This document shows, one piece after another, positions 26,260 through 37,700 of a stretch of DNA of 57,102 bases. The stretch covers positions 1 to 57,102 of the IMG/VR virus record IMGVR_UViG_3300031774_000016; one strand, written 5' to 3'. The notes beneath the pieces are model-generated. The model had not been told where the DNA came from and did not search any database. It worked only from the letters and a program-made list of their open reading frames with translations. The translations under genes were made by a program, and so were the position numbers. Every line of letters begins with the position of its first letter. Within the stretch, counting starts at the first letter, position 1. This DNA comes from a virus. Lineage: Duplodnaviria; Caudoviricetes.

Positions 26260-27764
26260 TGTCATATTGGGGCAAAAATGAGGATGCCGGCACAGATACT
26301 AAACGAGATAACTCTGTAAGTCAAGAGAAGGCATCTGGTGGTGTTCTTACCAGTGCAGCCATTAGAGCTCTAATTAAATCTTCTGTACCTAATTTTAAAG
26401 ATAATACTTTTTATGAATTAGAAATGGCAGAAGTTATGGGGGTACTTTTAGATGAAAAAGACTTACCAGATTTAGCAGATGGAAGTGGAAAAAATTGGTC
26501 TTTGATGGGTTCTATATCTGCTAGAATGATTAATAGTGAAAAAGATGCACCTATACAAAATACAAGTACGATAAAATCATTAAATCCATTTGAACAACAA
26601 TATCCAATACGAGGAGAATATGTTGTAGTTGTAACTTATAATAAAGTTCAATTTTACATTAGTGGTATTAATATATTTAATAATCCTAATAGTAATGTTA
26701 AACCAGGTTTAAGTGGATATAGACCTGATGAGCTTATAGAAGAAGATTTTATTTATGAAAATTTTGAAATAGATAATGAAATCAGAAGATTATTTCCGTA
26801 TCAAGGGGATAGTATTTTACAAGGTAGATGGGGAAATACTATACGATTTGGAAGTAATATTGTACCAGATTCTCACGGAGATGAGGATACTAAACAAGAT
26901 TCACCAAACATTCTTATTAGGGCAGGACAACTATTCGACGCTTCAGATTTTGGTAAAAGTGGGGAAGTACAAAATTTAATAGATAGTCCAAAGAAACCTG
27001 TAAAAGAAGATATCAACGCCGATGGTAGTTCGATATGGGTGACTACCGACCAATCAGTAAAACTTAATATTGCAACTACAAATGCAATAAGTCATAAGTA
27101 TATGACTGCTAACCATCAAGACGACCAACCACAAGAGGGTGGGAAACAAATTACACTTAATTCCGATAGGATAACCTTTAATACAAAAAAAGGAAAACTA
27201 CTCGGATTCAGTAATGATGGTATAGGATTTTCTACACAAAAAAGTTTTACGGTTGATGCAGATAATGGAGTTGCTATGAATTCGGGCGGAGGAACTTCTA
27301 TGGCTATGGTTCCAGGTGGTATAAGTTTAGTCACTCCAGGAAATTCAAGACTTGATTTAGGTGGTGGTGAAACAGGTGATGCAGATAAGATTACTTTATC
27401 AAGTGAGTGTCCATCATTTTTAATACTTGATGATAAGGCACATTTAGAATCTTGTGATGGTGCAAAAATACATCTTGATGATTGTGCCGGAATGGAAGAT
27501 GACCAAGGTTCGTTTCTAAGAATAGGTGGTAAAGCACAAGGTGTGACAGGATATGTACTTGGTAGAGATGATATGGGACAACAACATCTCGTTTATGGAG
27601 AAGCATTAACTGATATATTAGATGAACTTATTACATCTATTTTAAATATAACGGCAATTCCAACTGGAGCAGGACCAAGTGGACCTGTAAGTGCAACACC
27701 ATCACTTGCAGATTTTGAAAGTGTTCGTGCAAAACTTTGTGATTTATTAATGAAACCAGAATAA
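26259..27764 (+). CDS. Putative baseplate hub/central spike (gp5-like)
   Basis: OB-fold-like N-terminus (YPIRGEYVVV), beta-repeat C-terminal half, LVYGE.L...PTGAGPSGP end; upstream of gp25/gp6. Confidence 0.55.
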   Translation: MSYWGKNEDAGTDTKRDNSVSQEKASGGVLTSAAIRALIKSSVPNFKDNTFYELEMAEVMGVLLDEKDLPDLADGSGKNWSLMGSISARMINSEKDAPIQNTSTIKSLNPFEQQYPIRGEYVVVVTYNKVQFYISGINIFNNPNSNVKPGLSGYRPDELIEEDFIYENFEIDNEIRRLFPYQGDSILQGRWGNTIRFGSNIVPDSHGDEDTKQDSPNILIRAGQLFDASDFGKSGEVQNLIDSPKKPVKEDINADGSSIWVTTDQSVKLNIATTNAISHKYMTANHQDDQPQEGGKQITLNSDRITFNTKKGKLLGFSNDGIGFSTQKSFTVDADNGVAMNSGGGTSMAMVPGGISLVTPGNSRLDLGGGETGDADKITLSSECPSFLILDDKAHLESCDGAKIHLDDCAGMEDDQGSFLRIGGKAQGVTGYVLGRDDMGQQHLVYGEALTDILDELITSILNITAIPTGAGPSGPVSATPSLADFESVRAKLCDLLMKPE

Positions 27765-28339
27765 TGGCACTTGATAAAAATACTTTAAGGGATAACTTAG
27801 TTGATAATTTTACTACAATTAGAGATGATACTACGGGTAAGTTAACTAAACAAGATTCTGCAAATGGATTTGCAACAGCAATTGTAGATTACGCAAAAGA
27901 AGCCGAAGTTCAGATTCCAGCTCCTATATCATTATTTATAACTGCGGCCGGTCCTGATCCATCAGTAGCTGGTATGAAATTAAAAGTAAGTGGAATAGAG
28001 ACTGCTAAACCAGCACTTGTAGCTCAGATTATGTCGAGTTATACATTAATGGACCCGACTATGAATTTAATCTCATTGGGTATAGTAACTTTTACAGCAT
28101 TAATGATAAATTTTAGTAATTCACTTAAAACTGTAAATGCAATAGGAACAACTATAATGGCAGTACCACCAATATTTCTACCCTCAACTAAGAAAGGTAT
28201 GGATGGTGGAAGTATAGAAAATGTTTGTGATGAGATGGCAAAAGTAATACATACATCATTCTCAGCAAGTGTATTTACTGGAGTAGGAACTAATGTAACA
28301 GCCGTATCAACTGGTCCTGTTGCAGGAAAATTAGTGTAA
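27764..28339 (+). CDS. Putative baseplate-associated protein
   Basis: Synteny between spike-like and gp25-like genes. Confidence 0.45.
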   Translation: MALDKNTLRDNLVDNFTTIRDDTTGKLTKQDSANGFATAIVDYAKEAEVQIPAPISLFITAAGPDPSVAGMKLKVSGIETAKPALVAQIMSSYTLMDPTMNLISLGIVTFTALMINFSNSLKTVNAIGTTIMAVPPIFLPSTKKGMDGGSIENVCDEMAKVIHTSFSASVFTGVGTNVTAVSTGPVAGKLV

Positions 28340-28382
28340 AAATAAAAACAAAATATTTATTAGAAGAATAAAGGAGTTTATA

Positions 28383-28892
28383 ATGAAAAAACAAGAACTA
28401 ATAAAGATAATCGAACTTGTAGTTCGTAAAGAAGTGAAGAAACAGGTTAACGAGATATTTATTAACGAGAATAAGTTATCTCAAGAACCATCACTTACCG
28501 AATTAGTTTCAGAACCAATACCTAAAAAAGTACAAAAACCTAAAAAGAAGGTTCAATATACTTCAAATAAAACTTTAAATGAAGTTTTAAATGAAACGGT
28601 TGGATTAACTGGTAAAGGTAGTACACCAAATTCACAAGTAGATGAATTTGAAACTTTAGGGGGTGGAGTATTTGACCAATCAAAAATGGCTGAAATGATG
28701 GGATATGGTGGAGTAAACTCATCCGGCAATGAAGAACAGCGAAGAAAAATAGCAGCGGTAGATTCAATCAAAAAGGCTGGTGTTAAAGTTGACCAAGTTC
28801 CAGATCATGTAACGGATGCATTAACAAAAGATTATCGTGGTGTATTAAAGGCCATTGATAATAAAAAGAATGGAGGAGGATTCCGTCCATAA
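28383..28892 (+). CDS. Conserved phage protein
   Basis: MKKQELIKIIELVVRKEV...LNEVLNET...ALTKDY; AAGGAG SD. Confidence 0.65.
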   Translation: MKKQELIKIIELVVRKEVKKQVNEIFINENKLSQEPSLTELVSEPIPKKVQKPKKKVQYTSNKTLNEVLNETVGLTGKGSTPNSQVDEFETLGGGVFDQSKMAEMMGYGGVNSSGNEEQRRKIAAVDSIKKAGVKVDQVPDHVTDALTKDYRGVLKAIDNKKNGGGFRP

Positions 28893-28904
28893 TGGAGTTA
28901 GTAA

Positions 28905-29333
28905 ATGGGTAGAGCACGAAGTGCATTAGAATTAGATTTAGATCCAGATGTAACAATCGGTTTGGGTTTACCTATGCAACACGATGATAATAATGGATTT
29001 TTTCCAGGTACTCAAACAACTCTTTCACAGACTGGTAGTAATATTAGAAATCTTTTATTAACCAATAAGGGTGAGAGGGTTGGACAACCAACTTTTGGTG
29101 CAGATTTAATGAAGGTTTTATTTGAACCTATGAGTGATGATTTAATTTCACAAGTTGAACAGAGTATTGGAGAATCTATGGCGCAGTGGTTACCGCATGT
29201 TACTGTAAAAAAATTAGAAGTAGAGGCAAATGATGTCAAACCAAATCAGTTAGATATAAATCTTCAATTTGCACTTGCTATGAACCCAACGGTTCATGAA
29301 ACCATAACCCTAAGTTTTCTTACGGGTACATAA
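28905..29333 (+). CDS. Baseplate wedge subunit, gp25/GPW family
   Basis: NIRNLLLTNKGERVGQPTFGADL..LFEP...WLPHV. Confidence 0.9.
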   Translation: MGRARSALELDLDPDVTIGLGLPMQHDDNNGFFPGTQTTLSQTGSNIRNLLLTNKGERVGQPTFGADLMKVLFEPMSDDLISQVEQSIGESMAQWLPHVTVKKLEVEANDVKPNQLDINLQFALAMNPTVHETITLSFLTGT

Positions 29334-29349
29334 TTAGTGGAGAAACAGA

Positions 29350-31359
29350 ATGGCAAATAGAGTCCAAAAGGATGTAAGATATTTAAACAAAGACTTTGGT
29401 GCCTTTAGAGAAAGTTTAATAGAGTTTGCAAAAACTTATTATCCAAATACATATAATGACTTTAATGAGGCATCACCTGGTATGATGTTCATAGAAATGG
29501 CATCTTATGTAGGAGATGTCCTTTCTTACTATGTTGATAGTCAGTTTAAAGAGATGTTATTAGCATATGCCGAAGATAGAAAAACTATCTATGAAATGGC
29601 ACAAGTATATGGATATAAACCTAAAGTAACACGACCAGCATTTACAACAGCTGATGTTTTTCAGACTGTACCAGCACGAGGAACTGGTACTAATGTTAAA
29701 CCAGATATGAATTACGCATTAACTATCAATGAAGGTACACAAGTTAGTGCAAATAATGGTACTACCTTTAGAACATTAGAAGATGTAAATTTTAAATTTT
29801 CAAGTTCTTTTGACCCGTTACAAATAGATGTATTTGAAGTCAACCCAACTAATAAAGTTCCGTCATTATATTTGTTAAAAAAATCAGTTAAGTTAGGAAG
29901 TGGAACTATACAATCTGAAACTTTTGATTTTAGTTCTGCAGAATCATATCCAAGAATAAAATTAGCAAAACAAAATGTAATCGAAATACTTTCTGTTACA
30001 GATAGTGATAGTAATAAATGGTATGAAGTTCCATACTTAGCACAAGATACATTATTTACAGATGTAGAAAATACAGCAGCAACTGATCCAGATTTAGTTC
30101 AATACAACGACACCGTTCCGTATCTTTTAAAATTAAAAAAGACACCAAGAAGATTTGTTACTTACATTGTACAAGATGGTTCAACTGAATTAAGATTTGG
30201 TTCAGGTATATCCGATAGTCCAGATGAGGAAATAGTTCCAAACCCAAGTACGGTTGGTTCGAGTTTACCTGGTAGTCCAAATAAACTTGATACATTTTTT
30301 GATCCTGCAAACTTTCTTAAAACTGAAGCTTATGGTCAGGCACCAGCAAATACTACACTTACTATAAAATATGCATATGGTGGTGGTATAGAAGATAATG
30401 TAGCCGTAAATAGTATATCAAATATTTCCGAAGTTTCATTTACAGTAGAAGAAGATAATCTTGTAGCAAGTACATTACTAACTACCAAGAATTCAGTAGC
30501 AATTGCAAATCCATATCCAGCTACTGGTGGTAAATCGGCAGAATCTACCGAGGAGATTAAACAAAACGCATTAGCTTATTTTCAAGCACAAGGTAGAGTT
30601 GTGACTAAAGAAGATTATATAACACGAACATATGCTATGGGTAACAAATATGGTGCAGTTGCAAAGGCATACATTGTACAAGACGAACAATTAAATATAC
30701 CAAATATGCAATTAGAAACTTCTCCAGGATCTGGATTGTTTGTAGACGAGAGAAATATAGACCAACTTAGGTCTAAAGATTTAGTTTCTTCTAAAACAAA
30801 ATTAGATAATCCTATGGCATTAAATTTATATACACTCGGATATAATGAGAATAAACATTTGACTCAATTAAACACCGCAGTAAAACAGAATTTAAAAACA
30901 TATTTATCTCAGTATAGATTGGTGACAGATGCAATCAATATTAAAAATGCTTGGATTATAAATATTGGAGTTAAATTTAGTTTTATAGCTAGACGAGGAT
31001 TTAATAAAAATGAAATTACTTTAAGGGCAATAGAATCAATTAAAGAATTTTTCCGAATAGATAAGTGGCAAATAAATCAACCTATTGTGGTTGCAGAATT
31101 AGCACAAATTATTTCACAAGTGGAAGGAATAGGAGCCATTGTTCCACCAGCAGAAAACAATCCTAATAAATTACCACTATTAATTACTAATAAATTTCAA
31201 GAATCGGATGGTTATTCGGGTAACATATATGATATAAATTATGCCACAAAAGATGGTATTATTTATCCGTCATTAGATCCAAGTATTTTTGAATTAAAAT
31301 ATCCAAATACAGATATCGAAGGTAGGTCGGTTGGTGATTCTGTTGGTGTGGCGTATTAA
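29350..31359 (+). CDS. Baseplate wedge subunit (T4 gp6-like)
   Basis: YLNKDF...YNDFNEASPGMMFIEMASYVGDVLSYY.D, LRFGSG, ATGG..AES.EEIK, QGRVVT.EDY. Confidence 0.9.
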   Translation: MANRVQKDVRYLNKDFGAFRESLIEFAKTYYPNTYNDFNEASPGMMFIEMASYVGDVLSYYVDSQFKEMLLAYAEDRKTIYEMAQVYGYKPKVTRPAFTTADVFQTVPARGTGTNVKPDMNYALTINEGTQVSANNGTTFRTLEDVNFKFSSSFDPLQIDVFEVNPTNKVPSLYLLKKSVKLGSGTIQSETFDFSSAESYPRIKLAKQNVIEILSVTDSDSNKWYEVPYLAQDTLFTDVENTAATDPDLVQYNDTVPYLLKLKKTPRRFVTYIVQDGSTELRFGSGISDSPDEEIVPNPSTVGSSLPGSPNKLDTFFDPANFLKTEAYGQAPANTTLTIKYAYGGGIEDNVAVNSISNISEVSFTVEEDNLVASTLLTTKNSVAIANPYPATGGKSAESTEEIKQNALAYFQAQGRVVTKEDYITRTYAMGNKYGAVAKAYIVQDEQLNIPNMQLETSPGSGLFVDERNIDQLRSKDLVSSKTKLDNPMALNLYTLGYNENKHLTQLNTAVKQNLKTYLSQYRLVTDAINIKNAWIINIGVKFSFIARRGFNKNEITLRAIESIKEFFRIDKWQINQPIVVAELAQIISQVEGIGAIVPPAENNPNKLPLLITNKFQESDGYSGNIYDINYATKDGIIYPSLDPSIFELKYPNTDIEGRSVGDSVGVAY

Positions 31360-31372
31360 AGGGAGATAGTAA

Positions 31373-32494
31373 ATGCATTATTTTGAATTTCCAACAAAAG
31401 ATACTACATTATATGAAGATAGTGGAAGTAGAAATACAGGATTAGATGAAATTCTCGAAGTTCGTAAAGATATGAATGCTGATGGCAGTGTGGTTACGGT
31501 ATCGAGAGCTTTAATTAAATTTGATTTAACTTATATTTCATCATCTGTACATAGTGGTTTAATACCATCTAACGCAAAATACTATCTAAATTTATTTGAT
31601 GCAAATTCATCTGAATTGAATGTAGAACAAACATTATACGCATATCCAATTAGTCAATCTTGGACAAATGGTTCTGGAAAACATGATTCTAATCCTACTA
31701 TCGAAGATGGATGTAGTTGGAAATGGAAAGATGGTGTTACTGGAAAAACTCAATGGAATGAAGTTTCACAATCGGGTGGAACTTGGTATAGTGGAAGTGG
31801 ATATATTGCTTCTCAATCATTTACTAACGAAGCTGCAGATGTAAGAATGAATGTTACAGATATTGTTAACAAGTGGATAGGTGGTAGTGGTTATGTACCA
31901 AATGAAGGTTTTATGTTAAAGCGTAGTGGAAGTATAGGTAATACTGATACAAGTCTTGATGAGGGTAATACTACAAGATTTGGAAACTTTAGTTTCTTTT
32001 CAAGAGAAACTCATACAATTTACCCACCTAAGTTAGAAGTGGTGTGGGATGATTCTAAATGGAATACTGGATCATTAAGTCCTTTAACATCCGATAATTT
32101 AGAAGATATGGTTTTGTATATGAGAGGATTACGACCTGAATATAAAGAAAAATCAAAAGTAAAATTTAGAGTTGTTGGTCGAGAAAGATATCCTGAACGG
32201 ACATATTCATCAACAAATTTATATGAAACAGGACACAACACTGCAAAATATCTACCAAGTGGAAGTACCTATTATGAAATAAAAGATGCATATACTGAAG
32301 ATGTACTTGTACCATTTGGAAGTGGTTCTGTTGTAAGTTGTGATTCTACTGGAAACTATTTTAATTTTTGGTTGAATGGATTACAAGCAGAAAGATTTTA
32401 TAGAATAAATTATAAAATTGTAAGTGGTAGTGGAACTGCCGAAGAAACTATTCAATATTTTGATGAGAAGAATTCATTTAAAGTAACGAGATAA
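31373..32494 (+). CDS. Virion structural protein
   Basis: KDTTLY...NTGLDEILE...SRALIKFD...FFSRETHTIYPPKLEV; inside the baseplate block. Confidence 0.65.
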   Translation: MHYFEFPTKDTTLYEDSGSRNTGLDEILEVRKDMNADGSVVTVSRALIKFDLTYISSSVHSGLIPSNAKYYLNLFDANSSELNVEQTLYAYPISQSWTNGSGKHDSNPTIEDGCSWKWKDGVTGKTQWNEVSQSGGTWYSGSGYIASQSFTNEAADVRMNVTDIVNKWIGGSGYVPNEGFMLKRSGSIGNTDTSLDEGNTTRFGNFSFFSRETHTIYPPKLEVVWDDSKWNTGSLSPLTSDNLEDMVLYMRGLRPEYKEKSKVKFRVVGRERYPERTYSSTNLYETGHNTAKYLPSGSTYYEIKDAYTEDVLVPFGSGSVVSCDSTGNYFNFWLNGLQAERFYRINYKIVSGSGTAEETIQYFDEKNSFKVTR

Positions 32495-32497
32495 CAT

Positions 32498-32830
32498 ATG
32501 CCGTACACAAAAAAAGAACTAAAAGAAAACGAGTTTTGGCAAAAATTACATGAACAAGATAGAGTTGAGTATGAACACAAATTACAACAAGCTATCGATT
32601 TACAAGATGTAGTTGAAGTAGTCGATGAAAAACTTGGAAAACTTCCTTTAGAAAAAACTAAACCATTGAGAAACGATTCTGGTACTTTTTTGGCATTTGA
32701 AAATCCTGATACTGGATTAAATTATGATAGACCAGACCAATACATTTCAGTAGAAAAATTATCACCTCAGTACCATAGTGGTGAAATAAGAGATAAAGTT
32801 TTAGATACAGAGATAAAGGAACTCGTATAA
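32498..32830 (+). CDS. Hypothetical protein in the structural block
   Basis: Tightly packed ORF. Confidence 0.6.
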   Translation: MPYTKKELKENEFWQKLHEQDRVEYEHKLQQAIDLQDVVEVVDEKLGKLPLEKTKPLRNDSGTFLAFENPDTGLNYDRPDQYISVEKLSPQYHSGEIRDKVLDTEIKELV

Positions 32831-32831
32831 T

Positions 32832-34784
32832 ATGGGCCGTAAATTAACACAACTTAGTGATAAAGATTATCAGCTTCTAAAGAAAGAAACTCCTACAATA
32901 TTAGGTGAAAACGGACAACATTTTCCTACATTTGGAAACAACATGGAAGATTATGTAAAGTTCTGTATTTACAATGTAAATGATGAGTATATTAAATCTG
33001 GTATTAGTGAAGATTTTGAAAATAGTGGAGAATCAATAAAGTTAAAACCAGGAAATGATTTACGAAAGGCTGGTTTTACTCGTGGTGATTACAAAATTAA
33101 ATATTTCTTTCATAGAAGAATTGGTGGTGCTGATGAAATGGTTCTCACCAAAACTGTCGGAAGTGAATCAGGAATAATTCATAGTAGTAATCCACAGCTT
33201 ACTGGTGTACCTATGGGTGAGTTTTATATAGAAGAAGATGGTAAAGTTTATATGGGTTCTAATAAACCAACCGATGGAAGTAAACCACAAGAACTTGATG
33301 TAAAAGAATATAAATATTTTATAGATGAAATTTCTGCAGATAGAACTGAGGTAAGACTTGCAACTCAAATGATTAATTTAAAAAAATATAAAGATGAATT
33401 TTATGAATTGTCAAATACGGTTGGTACATATACATCTATAACAGATGATTCTGGAAAAGGATTTGGTGAAATAGCAAATAAAAATAACCCAAGATTTGAA
33501 ATTAACGCCAAAGATGGAAATGATTTAGGATTTGAAAGTAAATATATCGGTGGACAAGTCCAAGTAGATAACGCCTTTATTGTCGGATATAACAATAAAA
33601 CAAATACAACACAAAATGATAATTGGTCACCAAGTGATCCTATACCAGCAGCATATATTGAAGCATATGATTTAAAAGATGCTGGTTTTCCTATGGCAGT
33701 TAGATATGTGGTAAAAGATGAACAAACAGAATTAACCTTGTTAGGACATGATTTTGTAGGTTATCAACCTATACCAAATTTAGTAACTCCTGGATTAAAA
33801 TATCTTTTTGATTTTGGTTGTGGACACACAGAGATGACCGATGCACCTTTTGCTAATCATACATATGATACAATAGGAAATTATAATCCTACCGTAACCA
33901 TAATGACACCTGATTTCACATCAGTTGTTGATGAGGTTTACAAAAATACAGGCATATCACAAGACGGGCCTGGATTAAGAGGTAGTAAATTAAGTGGATT
34001 TACACCGACACCTGCAGATTCAACACCAGGAACTTCAACACCAGATGTTCCGAGTATATCTGCATTAGATGGAAAGGTAATCAGGTGGGATGGTAATGCA
34101 CAGAGTCAAGGAATACCACAAAAAATCGTTGGTGAACCTGCAGCCTCAACTACAAGATGGTATATTCAAAATGGATATAGAAGGTGGATTACAAGTGATT
34201 ACAATATAAGTTTGTTAAGAGAGACATTAGGATTAGATGAAGTAAATGATTTTCAATTATACACAAATTTAATTAATTCAATACCTGTAGGTCCTAATAT
34301 ATCAGGACTTACTTTTACTACGGGTACACCAAATTTAACCGATACAATAACAGAGGCTGATTACGGAGTTTTAATATTACCAAGCTATGAAGAAGATGAA
34401 ACCGAAGAAGAAACTGATGATAGTGATTCCGATGATAGTTCTGAATCAAATGAAATGTACACCTTAGAACTTAACTTAGAGGCATTTTTGGGAGGAAATG
34501 TAGAACAATTACCATATAATGATGATGATGATGATAATCAAGGTACATCGTTAGATGCAAGTTGGTTAGTAAATGGACAGCCAGTAAATTCTTACTACTC
34601 CAGTCAAATGTTTGAGGCAGGTACAAGTGTTGAGGTTCAGGTGGTTGTAGAATCATATCCACCTCAAGAATATGATTTTATAAATTGGACAACTGGTGGT
34701 CAAAATGTTAGGTACTCAAATCCAAGAACTTTTATAATGAATAATGATAAGTCCACCACAGCTCAAGTTGGGATACCATTCTAA
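32832..34784 (+). CDS. Virion structural protein with PKD-like domain
   Basis: YFIDEISADRTEVRL; YLFDFGCG...ANHTY.TIGNYNPTVTI (PKD-like); acidic linker; C-terminal beta-grasp-like module. Confidence 0.6.
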   Translation: MGRKLTQLSDKDYQLLKKETPTILGENGQHFPTFGNNMEDYVKFCIYNVNDEYIKSGISEDFENSGESIKLKPGNDLRKAGFTRGDYKIKYFFHRRIGGADEMVLTKTVGSESGIIHSSNPQLTGVPMGEFYIEEDGKVYMGSNKPTDGSKPQELDVKEYKYFIDEISADRTEVRLATQMINLKKYKDEFYELSNTVGTYTSITDDSGKGFGEIANKNNPRFEINAKDGNDLGFESKYIGGQVQVDNAFIVGYNNKTNTTQNDNWSPSDPIPAAYIEAYDLKDAGFPMAVRYVVKDEQTELTLLGHDFVGYQPIPNLVTPGLKYLFDFGCGHTEMTDAPFANHTYDTIGNYNPTVTIMTPDFTSVVDEVYKNTGISQDGPGLRGSKLSGFTPTPADSTPGTSTPDVPSISALDGKVIRWDGNAQSQGIPQKIVGEPAASTTRWYIQNGYRRWITSDYNISLLRETLGLDEVNDFQLYTNLINSIPVGPNISGLTFTTGTPNLTDTITEADYGVLILPSYEEDETEEETDDSDSDDSSESNEMYTLELNLEAFLGGNVEQLPYNDDDDDNQGTSLDASWLVNGQPVNSYYSSQMFEAGTSVEVQVVVESYPPQEYDFINWTTGGQNVRYSNPRTFIMNNDKSTTAQVGIPF

Positions 34785-37700
34785 TGAAAAATAAACGAAT
34801 CATATATTGGGGTGGAACACATCAAACTACAATTCCTCGAATGGGGGCATGTGGTGATGGAGTGGAAGTCAATCCTGCAGAGGGAGCTGGTGGAGGACCA
34901 GGAAAACCAGCAGCGTCAGCTTCAGCACCAGACGGGCCAGGATTATTTGATAAACTTAAAGGATTATTACCTGCATTAGCACTCGGAGCTTTAGCTATAG
35001 CTGCAATAGCTGGTGTGGCATTTATGTTAAAAAAGAATCGAGAGCCAGATGGTGGTCTTGATTTAGATTTTGATGCCAGTTTATCTGATGAGGAGAATTT
35101 CGCAAATCTTGGGCTTGATATACAAGGGGCAACATCTGTAGCCCGTGCAGGAAACGATGGAAAACCTGGATTTGATTCTAATGGATTATCAATCCCACCT
35201 GCATTTGTTGGACAACAAGTAATAGATGAAGATGGTAATCTTTGGGTATATAAAGATCCACCAGGAATGTGGATTATGTTTGATGATGCAGAACCAAGAT
35301 ATATTAGTGATGGTGATGAAAATTTACCAATTTATGCACCTTATGTTGCAAATATAACAGATGTTTTAAATCCTGTAACTATTACGGTTGATAAAACTTG
35401 GGCGGAAGCTTCATCAGAAATAGATAACCAAAAGAATTTTCACCCTACCCATCCATCTTGGAAAGTTTTATTTCCAAAGGATAAAGATTTATACACATAT
35501 CTACAATTTGATGGAGATAAACAAAGTTTAACAATTAATTTTTCAAAGGATACTGAAAATTATAAAGAATATCCTAACTCATTAGTTTATAAATTATATG
35601 AACCATTACCTGATGGAATAGAAAAGGGTGATTTAACATATGTGGTTAAGGAGATGGCATCACCTTATACTGAAACGGTCGAGTTGGTAGATTTTGTAGA
35701 AGAAGATATAGATGCTGTATTATTGAGAAACCCTAAGTGGGATAATGAAACTCATCAATCAAGTTATTTTAGTCCTCGTGATACTAAATTTAAAAATTAT
35801 GATGAATTAGTTACGAGTGATTCTAACATAAAAGAACAGATTGAAAATGAAATTATAAGTGGTAGTTTTATGGATAGCATAGAACTTTCAGGAATAGATT
35901 ATAGAAGATGGGATAACTTTGTTCATTTTAGTTCGATTGAAGATAGACTTGTAAATTTTAAAACTAAATTACAAAAAATTGAATTATTTGAAAGTCAGAG
36001 TAAAAGTTTATTTGGTATATCTGGCTCATTAACATATACACAAACTTCAAGTTTATCAACAAAAGTTAAAAAAATTAAAAATGAATTTACACCTTTTGAA
36101 AACTATATGTATTTTCAATCTTCATCTTATATATCAAGTTCTCTTGGAGAATTTTTTGACAATACTTGGCCAAAGAATGGTGGAAGTGGAACTAAATTAA
36201 ACGCATATAGTTTATATCCAGTTACATCATCTAAGGCAACATCTTGGTATAATGAACAAATAACATCAGCATCCCTTTTTGATAGAAATAATAGAAATAG
36301 ATTATTGACTAATATACCAGACCACATTACAAATGATAATAGAAATGTAGCGTTTCACACTTTTATTAATATGGCTGGAGAGCACTTTGATGGTATATGG
36401 TCATACATAGAACAGATACCACAAATATATGATAGACGACAACCATTAAATGAGGGACTATCTAAAGATTTAATTTATGCAGTTGGTAGGTCATTAGGGT
36501 TTTATTTAAATGACGGACAAGATTTAATTGAACTTCCAAAATTATATCTTGGTCAAGAGGCTACTGGTTCTGATGCTAGTGTTTTTAGCCAACATTCTTC
36601 TGTAGCACAAAAAGATATATCGAGAGAAATTTGGAAAAGAATGATAAACAATATGCCATTCTTTTTAAAGACAAGAGGAACTCTGAGGTCGTTTAAAGGA
36701 TTAATAAGTTGTTATGGTATACCATCAACAATATTAAGAGTTAAGGAGTATGGAGGACCCGATCCAGCACCTGATGCACAGCCATCATATTTTATAGATA
36801 AAAATTTTACTAAGGCATTAGATTTTAAAGGTGAACAATATGTATTGACAACTTGGGCAAACGATACCAATAGTGGTAGAAAACCTGATACAATAGAATT
36901 TAGATTTCGTTCTCAAGCAGCAAGTGGTTCGTTTCAAACATTATTACAGGCAGGGGCAAATCCTGGTGGATTCGCTATAGGTATAAAGGAAGATACGAAC
37001 TCATCAAGTGATAATTATGGACACGTCGCATTCAGACTTGCACATGGTTCGGATTCAAGTAAAGGTTATGCCGAACTTTCTTCATCATCACTTCCTGTTC
37101 ATGACGGAGAATTTTATTCTGTAGCATTAACTCGTGTATCTTCAAGTGGTGCACAATTAAGTGTTGATACCACATCTCAAAGAATACAATACAGATTGAT
37201 GGTTAAGAAGTATGACGAGGGTAGGAGTAAAATTTATTTAGATTCTGATGAAACTATGATTGTAAATGGTGCGGTTAGTTCATCGTGGAATGGTTCGTTT
37301 ACAGGAAACGAAACTGCTTATATTGGTGGGGCACCTGATAATTCGTTTGGTAATCAGATGACTGGTTCTATGATGGAATTTCGTTATTGGAACACAGCTT
37401 TATCTGAATCTAACTTTGATAATCATGTAAGGTCACCAAAATCATTTAATGGAAATCACCCATCTGCATCTTGGACAGATTTAGTATTACGATATTCGTT
37501 TGATGATAATAAAGCATTGAATAGTGATGGTGATATTCGTGATACAAGTGCAGACCAATCTTATATTCAGTCAGGAAGTGCACAAGGATATACATCTGGT
37601 ACATTACCACATTTCCGTTCAGTTGTAGACGAAGAACAGATGAGAATTCCTAACTTAGGCCCAAATAGACGAGTATCAAATAAGATTAGATTAGAAAATA

